From Candidatus Harrisonbacteria bacterium (GTDB lineage Bacteria > Patescibacteriota > Minisyncoccia > UBA6257 > 02-FULL-45-10c), in contig JACROC010000007.1 of NCBI GenBank assembly GCA_016214655.1, positions 14,785-78,784 of the forward strand: DNA of 64,000 nucleotides, given 5' to 3'. The translations under genes were made by a program, and so were the position numbers. The first letter of the stretch is position 1. Every line of letters begins with the position of its first letter. The notes beneath the pieces were generated by a model. It saw nothing but the letters and a program-made list of their open reading frames with translations, made no database searches and was not told the DNA's origin. Below are positions 56,492-64,000 of the stretch, one piece after another.

Positions 56492-56935
56492 ATGAAATAT
56501 CTGTCAGAAAATAGAAAAGCGCAGTTTGATTACGAAATTCTGGAAACCTATGAAGCGGGCCTGGTTTTGACTGGCCAAGAAGTGAAATCAATCAAAGCCG
56601 GGCATGCAAATCTGACTGGTTCATATGTCATCATAAAACCTAATGGGGCTTTCTTAATCAATGCCCAGATACCGCCATATCAGCCTAAAAATTCGCCGCC
56701 AGATTATGAACCATCAAGAACGCGGCAATTGCTTTTGCGCAAAGAAGAATTGAAATATCTCCTAGGTAAAGCTAAGGAAGGAAATTTGACTATGGTGCCA
56801 CTTTCGTTGTATAATAAAGGCCGCCGACTAAAGATCTCCATCGGCCTAGCTCGGTACAAGAAAAAACAGGACAAACGTGAGACAATTAAGAAAAGAGAGT
56901 TTGAGAGAGAGGCGCGCAGAACGTTGAAAGAATAA
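56492..56935 (+). CDS. smpB: SsrA-binding protein
   Basis: NRKAQFDY..EAGLVLTGQEVKS, R.LLL.K.E, DKRETIK. Confidence 0.97.
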   Translation: MKYLSENRKAQFDYEILETYEAGLVLTGQEVKSIKAGHANLTGSYVIIKPNGAFLINAQIPPYQPKNSPPDYEPSRTRQLLLRKEELKYLLGKAKEGNLTMVPLSLYNKGRRLKISIGLARYKKKQDKRETIKKREFEREARRTLKE

Positions 56936-56939
56936 ATAT

Positions 56940-57311
56940 GGGGATGAAAAGCTTCGACAATTTATTTTCTGTCAGGTTCGCAAGCTGAGCTGAATTAACT
57001 CGTAAAACTAATTCAAAATTATAAGTGCAAACTTATTCAATCGTCAGCCAGCTTACGCTTTAGCGTAATTTATCCCGGCCTTAGCGTCGGGACTGGCCAT
57101 CGATCAGCCAAAGCTTGATAGGCTGCCAATCGGTGTCATACATCAAGCTCTGCCTTGATAAACCGAGTATCAAAGCGAATTGCAATCGGTAAAGAGAATA
57201 GCGTATTTTGTTAGATCTAAACGTTATTCTCTATAAATTTAATCTAACTAAGCTTGTAGAAAATTTGGCGGGTATAATTTGGACGCGGATGCAATTTCCG
57301 CCATCTCCACA
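56940..57311 (+). ncRNA. ssrA: tmRNA; tag ANLFNRQPAYALA* at 57027-57068
   Basis: GGGGATG..CATCTCC-A acceptor with G:U pair, tag ORF ending YALA, adjacent to smpB. Confidence 0.93.
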
Positions 57312-57395
57312 AATAAAAAAGACGGTCCCATAACCGCCCATAACTTTTCTGCCTGACTATCAAACTAAAATTTACCTCTACAAAAATCATTAGAA

Positions 57396-58454
57396 TCAAT
57401 TTTTAAGAAAGGGAAGGACTGTTTCGGGATTAATCTCATGTTTTCTGCCTGGATTAACTTCAAGAACGATCGCGTCCTTAGCTCCCTGATCTTCATAAAT
57501 TCGTTGAGCCCGATGAAAAATGCTAATTACGGCAGGAGTGTAATACTTATCGTCTCTCCCGAAATGAACAAGGAGTTTCCGTGGTGCTATGAGGCCAGCC
57601 ACATCAGAGAATTCAGCAGCTTCCTCAAATTGACTGAAATGTTGGCATGCATGGTGATAATTGGTATTGATACAAGCATACGGGAAAAACATTCCCGAAA
57701 TAACCGTCCGTTGTATTGCCGGATTCAAAGCAGAAAAATGTAAGGCAATGTAACCTCCAAGTGAATGGCCCACAACGTTAAGGCTTCGAAAATTCTTATA
57801 TCGCTGTTTAGCGAACTCCGTAACAGAAAACATATCAGCGAGAACTTCTCGTAAAAATTCTCCATCTGCTTTCTTTCGGATATAAGCACCGTGCCCCTTA
57901 TGGTTGATTTCGAATTCTCCAAAGCTTCTAATTTCGGGTGCCAAAACTACAAAACCGGCGCGGGCAAGCTGCGAACCCAAACCTCGCATCTGAGATTTAA
58001 CGTTTGTCATATCATCAATTGATTCATGATGACCATGAATAAGTAAGACAACATCAGCTCGATCGTCGCTTAGAGTAGTTTTCGAACTTAAAATAAGAAC
58101 CGGGATCATCTGGCCATCAAAAGGAGATTTAATAGTCACGTGTGTTTTCATCATCCCATCGTCATGTCCTTGCATAATTTCAGGATATCCCAATGTAAAG
58201 GTTAAATCTTTTGCTGTCTCATTCAAATTCTGCAGACCAAGATCGTATTGCATTTGCTGAACCAATTTACTTCTCCAAACAGTATACGACTGGCCCCGAT
58301 CGACTACGGTCATTTCATAACCCAATATCCCTTTTCTTTCTGAGGGGGTAAGGCATTGCCGGGGCGTCGCACAACCTGCAAAAAAAACGAATACTGATAT
58401 AAAAATTCTTGCAAGATTATCTATTAGCCACGAACTACGATAAGTCTGCATCAC
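57396..58454 (-). CDS. alpha/beta hydrolase (probable lipoprotein)
   Basis: GHSLGG nucleophile elbow, LIAPRKLL, terminal His; FAGC lipobox. Confidence 0.8.
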   Translation of the reverse strand: MMQTYRSSWLIDNLARIFISVFVFFAGCATPRQCLTPSERKGILGYEMTVVDRGQSYTVWRSKLVQQMQYDLGLQNLNETAKDLTFTLGYPEIMQGHDDGMMKTHVTIKSPFDGQMIPVLILSSKTTLSDDRADVVLLIHGHHESIDDMTNVKSQMRGLGSQLARAGFVVLAPEIRSFGEFEINHKGHGAYIRKKADGEFLREVLADMFSVTEFAKQRYKNFRSLNVVGHSLGGYIALHFSALNPAIQRTVISGMFFPYACINTNYHHACQHFSQFEEAAEFSDVAGLIAPRKLLVHFGRDDKYYTPAVISIFHRAQRIYEDQGAKDAIVLEVNPGRKHEINPETVLPFLKN

Positions 58455-58673
58455 GGCACCCTCCTTTGATTAATTTAATAAGAACCAAAAATAATATAAC
58501 ACATCTTTGCGAAATACACAAATCCCGTCGTCTCCACCAAAAGAAAAGCTGCTATAATGGCAGTTTTTCTTTTTATAGCGAATCTATTTATATTTGACAT
58601 AAAGATAATTTTATTATATTATCTATATAACTTATGGCTAATAGCTGTAAACTGCACCTTGAAAGGAGGCAAA

Positions 58674-59405
58674 ATGGAACACCCGGGAGAAGAGAATCTT
58701 GATCCAGACCTCTTGGCCCTCATAAAAAAGTCCGAAGAAGACGGCGGCATCTCCTTGAAGGATGTGCCGAAGAATTCCCTCGCCCATATTCATACACAAA
58801 ATACCGTTTACATTATCGCAGTTATCGATGAGAAATCCGGCAAAGCTGCTGTTACCAGTAACGGCAAACATGTCACGCAACCGGAAATCTGCTATTTAAG
58901 AGGATCCACTTTTGGCGGATCAATGATAAAAGTCGATTGGATAGGCATAGGAATGCACCTAGAGATGGCTCTCGCAGATGGCCGCGTTTTAACCACTTCA
59001 CAGATAAAAATGGTCCGCTTTAAGGCCGATCACCAGAACGCGCGGCAAACCATGATTGAATCTGCCCAAAGCCGGGAGCCGAAGCCTATAAGCAAAGAGG
59101 AATTTCTGCAAAATCTAGAAAAATTTATAACAGATAAATTCCCAGAAAACATCCGCCCCGATGCAAAGCAGATGATAGAAAGATTTTCTCTTAACGGCAG
59201 GTTTGCAATCGCCAGCGTACTCGCAATCGCCCAAGAACATGATAAATTCCGCAAAGCCATGGCCACTCTAAACCGCTTCTATGCTGAACACTGGGCATAC
59301 CAACATCCAGAAGTCAGGGGCGACCCGGGCTTCACGCCAAGCAATGCGTTCTATCTTGAAAGAGTATATAAAGAATTAAATCTCCCCTTACCTGGAAAAA
59401 AATAA
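58674..59405 (+). CDS. hypothetical protein
   Basis: SD AAGGAGG before ATG at 58674; GSTFGGSM motif. Confidence 0.7.
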   Translation: MEHPGEENLDPDLLALIKKSEEDGGISLKDVPKNSLAHIHTQNTVYIIAVIDEKSGKAAVTSNGKHVTQPEICYLRGSTFGGSMIKVDWIGIGMHLEMALADGRVLTTSQIKMVRFKADHQNARQTMIESAQSREPKPISKEEFLQNLEKFITDKFPENIRPDAKQMIERFSLNGRFAIASVLAIAQEHDKFRKAMATLNRFYAEHWAYQHPEVRGDPGFTPSNAFYLERVYKELNLPLPGKK

Positions 59406-59443
59406 CAAAAAAACCGCTAGGGCTATCCCTGGCGGTTTCCTTT

Positions 59444-60244
59444 TTAAAATAAAACTAATCCGTCATACGCAACGCTCACTTTAGTATTTTTATTTTGAAC
59501 AATCCTTATCGCTTCTTTGTGCGGTGGCCACTCTACTCCGATTTGAGTTAAAAGGGCTTGCTTGGGTTTTACTTTATCCACTAATGCCAATGCCTCTTTT
59601 AAATTCATATGCCAGGGCGTTTGTTTTTTGTACATTGCCGAATCTAATATCAGCGCATCGGCATTTTTCATTTTTACCAAACTTCCTTTTGGTACTTTCT
59701 TGACATCGGAAATATATACAACTCTCTTCTCGTGGTTTTGGATAATATATCCAAGTGTAGGAAATTCTTTTTTGTTAGTAGTATGCTCTACCCTAATTCC
59801 TTCCACAATCAATGAATTTACAAAAATCCGTATTCCCGGCTTAATCGGCTGAAAATTGATAAAATCAGGATCGCGGAATATTTTTTTAATCCGCGCTATT
59901 GTTTCTGATTCAGCAAACACAAAAATGCACTCCTGGCCAAGCCGCTTTAAAATATTTTTTAACCTTAAGATACCGCCCATTGCATCCTTATGCGCGTGGG
60001 TGATGAACACCGCATCAATTCTATTGATATCTCTAAGCAGACCCCATTGTTCCCAAATGTCCTCAGTAACATCAAAAAGCACGTTCCGCCCGCCGCACTC
60101 AATAAATATAGAAGATTGGGTGCGCCTGCTCTTTGAACCCATATTTCGCGCATCCTCGCATGCTGGAGTAAAACATTGTTTCCGCGGAATCCGGCCAGCT
60201 GGTCCAGTGCCTAAAAAAGTAACCTTGATTCCCTTAACATCCAC
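59444..60244 (-). CDS. MBL-fold metallohydrolase (PhnP-like)
   Basis: FLGTG, THAHKDA, YISD. Confidence 0.88.
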   Translation of the reverse strand: MDVKGIKVTFLGTGPAGRIPRKQCFTPACEDARNMGSKSRRTQSSIFIECGGRNVLFDVTEDIWEQWGLLRDINRIDAVFITHAHKDAMGGILRLKNILKRLGQECIFVFAESETIARIKKIFRDPDFINFQPIKPGIRIFVNSLIVEGIRVEHTTNKKEFPTLGYIIQNHEKRVVYISDVKKVPKGSLVKMKNADALILDSAMYKKQTPWHMNLKEALALVDKVKPKQALLTQIGVEWPPHKEAIRIVQNKNTKVSVAYDGLVLF

Positions 60245-60266
60245 ACTTTTATTATATAATTAAAAC

Positions 60267-60905
60267 ATGGCAGAAACTAACAAAATAAAAATTCCGCTTA
60301 CATCAATTACACTTGAAGGAATCTTTAAAATCCCGCCGAAAGCCAAGGGGGCCGTTATTTTCGTCCACGGCAGCGGCAGCAGCCAGCTAAGCCCAAGAAA
60401 TACCTATGTCGCAGAAATTCTGCAAAAAGCTGGGTTCGCCACCCTGCTATTTGATCTTCTTACCGAGAAAGAAGACCAATTGTATGAAAACCGATTTAAT
60501 ATTACGCTTTTAACCGAACGCCTAATAGAGGTTACCAAATGGCTTAAAAAGCAGCCAAAGACCAATAATTTGACTACCGGCTATTTCGGCGCCAGCACAG
60601 GCGCAGCTGCCGCACTTGAAGCCGCTGCCAGACTCGGCACCGATATAAAAGCAATTGTTTCAAGAGGCGGGAGGCCGGATTTAGTCAAAATAAAAAAATT
60701 AAAAACTATCCAAACACCAACTCTTTTAATAGTCGGCGGGAAAGACGACGTAGTTCTTCGGCTTAACGAGCAAACACTGCAACTTCTGGATGCGGAAAAA
60801 AAATTAGAAATCGTGCCCGACGCCACTCATCTTTTTGAAGAACCAGGCACCCTCGAAAAGGTCGCGGAACTTGCATCTAATTGGTTTAAAAAATATCTAC
60901 TGTGA
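60267..60905 (+). CDS. dienelactone-hydrolase-family alpha/beta hydrolase
   Basis: HGSGSS.LSPRN, YFGASTG, SRGGRPDL, HLFEEPG. Confidence 0.88.
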   Translation: MAETNKIKIPLTSITLEGIFKIPPKAKGAVIFVHGSGSSQLSPRNTYVAEILQKAGFATLLFDLLTEKEDQLYENRFNITLLTERLIEVTKWLKKQPKTNNLTTGYFGASTGAAAALEAAARLGTDIKAIVSRGGRPDLVKIKKLKTIQTPTLLIVGGKDDVVLRLNEQTLQLLDAEKKLEIVPDATHLFEEPGTLEKVAELASNWFKKYLL

Positions 60906-61543
60906 TTTTCAAAGACCGCCAGGATGCCGGAAAAAAATTAGCGGCAAAACTGTTAAAATATAAAAATAATCCGGATGTAATTATTTTAGGATTGCCTCGC
61001 GGCGGAGTTATTGTAGCATATGAAATAGCGCGGGAACTAAATCTGCCGCTGGATGTAGTGGTACCCAGGAAAATCGGCACACCTGGAAATCCGGAACTTG
61101 CCATCGGAGCTATAACCGAAGACGGCCAAAATTTTTTCGACGAAAAAATGATAAATGATTATAGGATCGGCAAGGACTATATTAATGACGAAATAGAAAA
61201 AGAAAAAACCGAGGCAGAACGGAGATTAAAAATTTACCGCGGCAAAAGGCAACCGCTTAATTTAAAAAGTAAAATAGCTATATTAGTTGATGATGGAATT
61301 GCCACTGGCGCGACCATGATCGCCAGCATCCGATCGGCCAAAAATAAAGGCGCTAAACAAGTAATAGTGGCTGTGCCGACCACCGCCAGCGACTCCTTAA
61401 AAAAAATTAGCCAAGAAGCGGATAGGGTTATCTATTTGGATGCTCCGCTGCTCTTTTTTGCCGTAGGTGAATTCTATCAGGACTTCCCGCAAACTACAGA
61501 TGCAGAAGTGATAGAATTATTAAGTAAGGCCAAACAGCCATGA
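60902..61543 (+). CDS. phosphoribosyltransferase family protein
   Basis: F.DRQDAG, GLPRGGV, LVDDGIATGAT. Confidence 0.9.
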   Translation: MIFKDRQDAGKKLAAKLLKYKNNPDVIILGLPRGGVIVAYEIARELNLPLDVVVPRKIGTPGNPELAIGAITEDGQNFFDEKMINDYRIGKDYINDEIEKEKTEAERRLKIYRGKRQPLNLKSKIAILVDDGIATGATMIASIRSAKNKGAKQVIVAVPTTASDSLKKISQEADRVIYLDAPLLFFAVGEFYQDFPQTTDAEVIELLSKAKQP

Positions 61544-62427
61544 AGTTACTTTTTACCACCAACAGCAATCCGGATCTCACTAAATTACTAATCCGTAAGG
61601 CCGGCCTTCGGCTGGGAAAATACCAATTGGGACGCTTCGTAGATAAAGAAATAAAATTGGAGCTGAAGGAAGAAGTAAGAGGAAAGGAAGTTTGTGTATT
61701 AGGATCCAGCTTTTCTCCGCCTGAAAATCTACTGGAGCTATTAATCTTAATAAACACCTTAAAAATAAACGGCGTCAAAAAAATAACGGCCATTATTCCA
61801 TATTTCGGCTATTCCCGGTCTGACCATCAATACCTGCCAGGTACGCCAATTAACGCGAGGCTGATGGCTCAATTAATTGAGACTGCCGGCGCCACAAAAA
61901 TAATTACTCTGAGCCTACACGGCAAAACAAAAAAATTTTTTCGGATACCGATAACTCATTTGAGCGCCATGCCGCTTCTAGCGGATTATGTGAAAAAACT
62001 AAAAATTAAAAATCTGGTGGTTGCCTGCCCGGACAAAGGCGGCATTCCCCTGGCGAAAGAATTTGCCCGCGCCCTGAAAATTAAAAACATCTTAACCTTG
62101 GAAAAAAGCCACCCCACACCCCAGCAAACGAAGGTAATAAAAATTTCTGGCGATCCGCGCGATAAAAATATAGTGCTGGTTGACGACATGATACAATCCG
62201 GGGGCACGATCATTAAAGCCGCCGAAGCCCTGAGGGCGAGTGGCGCAAAAATTATTTATGTGGCCGTAGCTCACCTCGTTTCTACGGGACCAGCACTCAA
62301 TAAATTAAAAACAGCGAGAACTATTAAACAAGTTATTATCACAAATTCAGTCCCTATTAAAAATTTGCCAAAAAAATTAAAGATTGTAGATATAAGCGGC
62401 TTAATAGCCCGGCATCTGTACAAATAG
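61540..62427 (+). CDS. prs: ribose-phosphate pyrophosphokinase
   Basis: PYFGYSRSD, PDKGG, VDDMIQSGGT. Confidence 0.9.
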   Translation: MKLLFTTNSNPDLTKLLIRKAGLRLGKYQLGRFVDKEIKLELKEEVRGKEVCVLGSSFSPPENLLELLILINTLKINGVKKITAIIPYFGYSRSDHQYLPGTPINARLMAQLIETAGATKIITLSLHGKTKKFFRIPITHLSAMPLLADYVKKLKIKNLVVACPDKGGIPLAKEFARALKIKNILTLEKSHPTPQQTKVIKISGDPRDKNIVLVDDMIQSGGTIIKAAEALRASGAKIIYVAVAHLVSTGPALNKLKTARTIKQVIITNSVPIKNLPKKLKIVDISGLIARHLYK

Positions 62428-62454
62428 GTTTAAATTTGCTATTATTTTAAAATC

Positions 62455-62952
62455 TTGGTTAAAACGAATGAAAAAATAACCGCTCTTGAATTGCGGGTGA
62501 TAGATGAAGCTGGCGCTAATTTGGGCATTTTAACGCCGCAGGAGGCGCTGAAATTGGCAAAAGAAAAAGGGTTAGATTTGATAGAAATCGCGCCAACAGC
62601 CAAACCGCCGGTAGCCAAGATAATGAGCTACGATAAATACCGCTATCAGGAAACAAAAAAGCTTAAAAAACAAAGAGCGCAACAAAAAATCCAGGAATTA
62701 AAACAGGTGCGAATCAGCGCCAGAGCGGCAGAACACGACCTTCAGATCAAAGCCAATCTGGTAAACGAATTCCTTGAAGAGGGTAATGTAGTAGAAATAC
62801 AGTTAGTTCTCCGAGGACGGGAAAAAGCTCATAAAGATTGGGCTAAGCAAAAATTATTGGATTTTCTAAAAATAATAATGCCGGAGCATAAAGTGCTGCT
62901 TGAACCAAAATACGGCATGAGAGGATTTAATATGCAGATAGTAAAAAAGTAA
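62455..62952 (+). CDS. infC: translation initiation factor IF-3 (non-ATG start)
   Basis: NEKI..LRVIDE.G, LDLIEIAP.A.PPVAKIM.Y.KY, RGRE. Confidence 0.95.
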   Translation: MVKTNEKITALELRVIDEAGANLGILTPQEALKLAKEKGLDLIEIAPTAKPPVAKIMSYDKYRYQETKKLKKQRAQQKIQELKQVRISARAAEHDLQIKANLVNEFLEEGNVVEIQLVLRGREKAHKDWAKQKLLDFLKIIMPEHKVLLEPKYGMRGFNMQIVKK

Positions 62953-62953
62953 C

Positions 62954-63042
62954 CGATACAAAACTACGAATTGATGCGAATCTACGAAAATTTATTTTGT
63001 TTGTTATTTGTGGATTCGGATGCATTTGTAGTTTGGCATCGC
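62954..63042. repeat. imperfect inverted repeat of short units between infC and rpmI
   Basis: GATAC..CTACGAAT..TGCGAATCTACGAA versus TTTGTGGATTCGGA..TTTGTAG..GCATC. Confidence 0.55.
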
Positions 63043-63046
63043 TATC

Positions 63047-63220
63047 ATGAATAAAAGTCTCAGAAAAAGATTTAAAATAACCGGAACGGGAAAAATCATG
63101 CGCCGGAAAATGGCGCAGGATCATTTTCGCGCTAAAAAAACCGGGAAACAAATCCGCGGAAAACGTAAAGGCTTGTCTTTAAGTAAAGTTGATGCTAGAG
63201 TATTTCGGAAACAGTTCTAA
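63047..63220 (+). CDS. rpmI: 50S ribosomal protein L35 (below ORF-track cutoff)
   Basis: MNKSLRKRFKITGTGKIMRR..H..AKK; position between infC and rplT. Confidence 0.93.
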   Translation: MNKSLRKRFKITGTGKIMRRKMAQDHFRAKKTGKQIRGKRKGLSLSKVDARVFRKQF

Positions 63221-63239
63221 TGACCTCTAAATAAAAACT

Positions 63240-63584
63240 ATGAGCAGAGTCAAGCGCGGCGTTATTGCAACCAAAAGACGCCGAAAAATATTAAAATATA
63301 CCAAAGGATTCCGCTGGGGACGGAAATCTAAAGAAAGGGCTGCTAAGGAGGCGCTCCTTCATGCCTGGTCCCATGCTTTCCAAGGACGCAAACAGAAAAA
63401 GCGCGATTATCGCGCACTTTGGAATGTCCGAATCAATGCCGCCGCCAGGGAAAATGGAATAAAATACAGCGAATTGGTTCATAAACTAAAAAAGGCTGAT
63501 GTGAAGCTAGACCGCAAGATACTCGCAGATCTAGCCAGAAATGAACCGAGGGTATTTGCTAAGGTTTTAGAAAAAGTAAAATAA
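63240..63584 (+). CDS. rplT: 50S ribosomal protein L20
   Basis: MSRVKRG, KKRDYRALWNVRINAAAR, LDRKILADLA. Confidence 0.97.
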   Translation: MSRVKRGVIATKRRRKILKYTKGFRWGRKSKERAAKEALLHAWSHAFQGRKQKKRDYRALWNVRINAAARENGIKYSELVHKLKKADVKLDRKILADLARNEPRVFAKVLEKVK

Positions 63585-63594
63585 AAAGCAGTCG

Positions 63595-64000
63595 TTAGAC
63601 TGCTTTTTCTTTCCTGCGGAGATGGTCATTGGCATTTTTAAGTATGGCTTTACTATTTCTATGCTTTAATAACCTCTGTGCGTCGTTATGTAAAAACCAG
63701 CCATAACCTTCATGTTCCCAAGAAATTTTAACTTCCGGCTTAATCGCCTGCGCTAAAAAGAAAATGACAATCTTAAAAAACTTCTGACCCTCACGCTGAT
63801 AAATATACTTATCGGTCACTTTAAAATTCCTGTCTACGCGGAGCGAACGGGATGAAATACCAGTTTCTTCGACTACTTCACGAAGCGCCGCATCGTATCC
63901 CCGCTCACCAGCCTCCAATTTTCCTTTTGGAAAATTCCAATATCCCTTGCCGTGGTAAAGCAAGAGATATTTAGTTTCCACTTTTCCATCTCGATCCTTT
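63595..64000 (-). CDS. NUDIX hydrolase (5' end probably outside window)
   Basis: WNFPKGKLEAGE....AALREVVEETG Nudix box. Confidence 0.9.
   Translation of the reverse strand, partial: KDRDGKVETKYLLLYHGKGYWNFPKGKLEAGERGYDAALREVVEETGISSRSLRVDRNFKVTDKYIYQREGQKFFKIVIFFLAQAIKPEVKISWEHEGYGWFLHNDAQRLLKHRNSKAILKNANDHLRRKEKAV

Noticed and set aside
1-64000. Alternative genetic code (TGA as Gly, as in Gracilibacteria/Absconditabacteria)
   Set aside because: Long housekeeping genes are intact under code 11, and TGA serves as a stop in coupled overlaps at 36560-36563, 60902-60905 and 61540-61543.
1-64000. Diversity-generating retroelement or retron
   Set aside because: No reverse transcriptase motifs and no template/variable repeat pair were seen.

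Overview
This is an AT-rich bacterial chromosome segment. Its gene content and style point to Patescibacteria/Parcubacteria (CPR), which is an inference. The right half (about 34-64 kb) is mostly housekeeping: ECF sigma, HU, rny, gpmI, uvrC, secG, peptide-binding protein, rnj, trpS, ileS with an inserted histidine-phosphatase domain, argS, smpB plus tmRNA, prs, and infC-rpmI-rplT. A tRNA cluster at 30.3-35.1 kb holds His, Pro, Arg, Phe (split by a 227-nt group I intron, beside a free-standing HNH gene), Leu and Gly, plus an unidentified structured RNA. The main discovery is in the left half (about 4.7-30.3 kb), downstream of tRNA-His. It is a polarised array of small accessory gene cassettes separated by more than 20 degenerate 30-60 bp repeats that share the tRNA-His 3'-end core (AATCTGGGT on +). 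The repeats read in frame as a conserved peptide tail, LG-x-x-h-[ED]-[DQ]-[VI]-RT-x-L...stop, as expected for the cut-off end of an integrase gene spanning attP. Many cassettes carry a shared promoter/boxA-like/SD leader and a terminator. No integrase lies in the window. This suggests an integron-like, tRNA-anchored cassette-accretion system that would be mobilised in trans.
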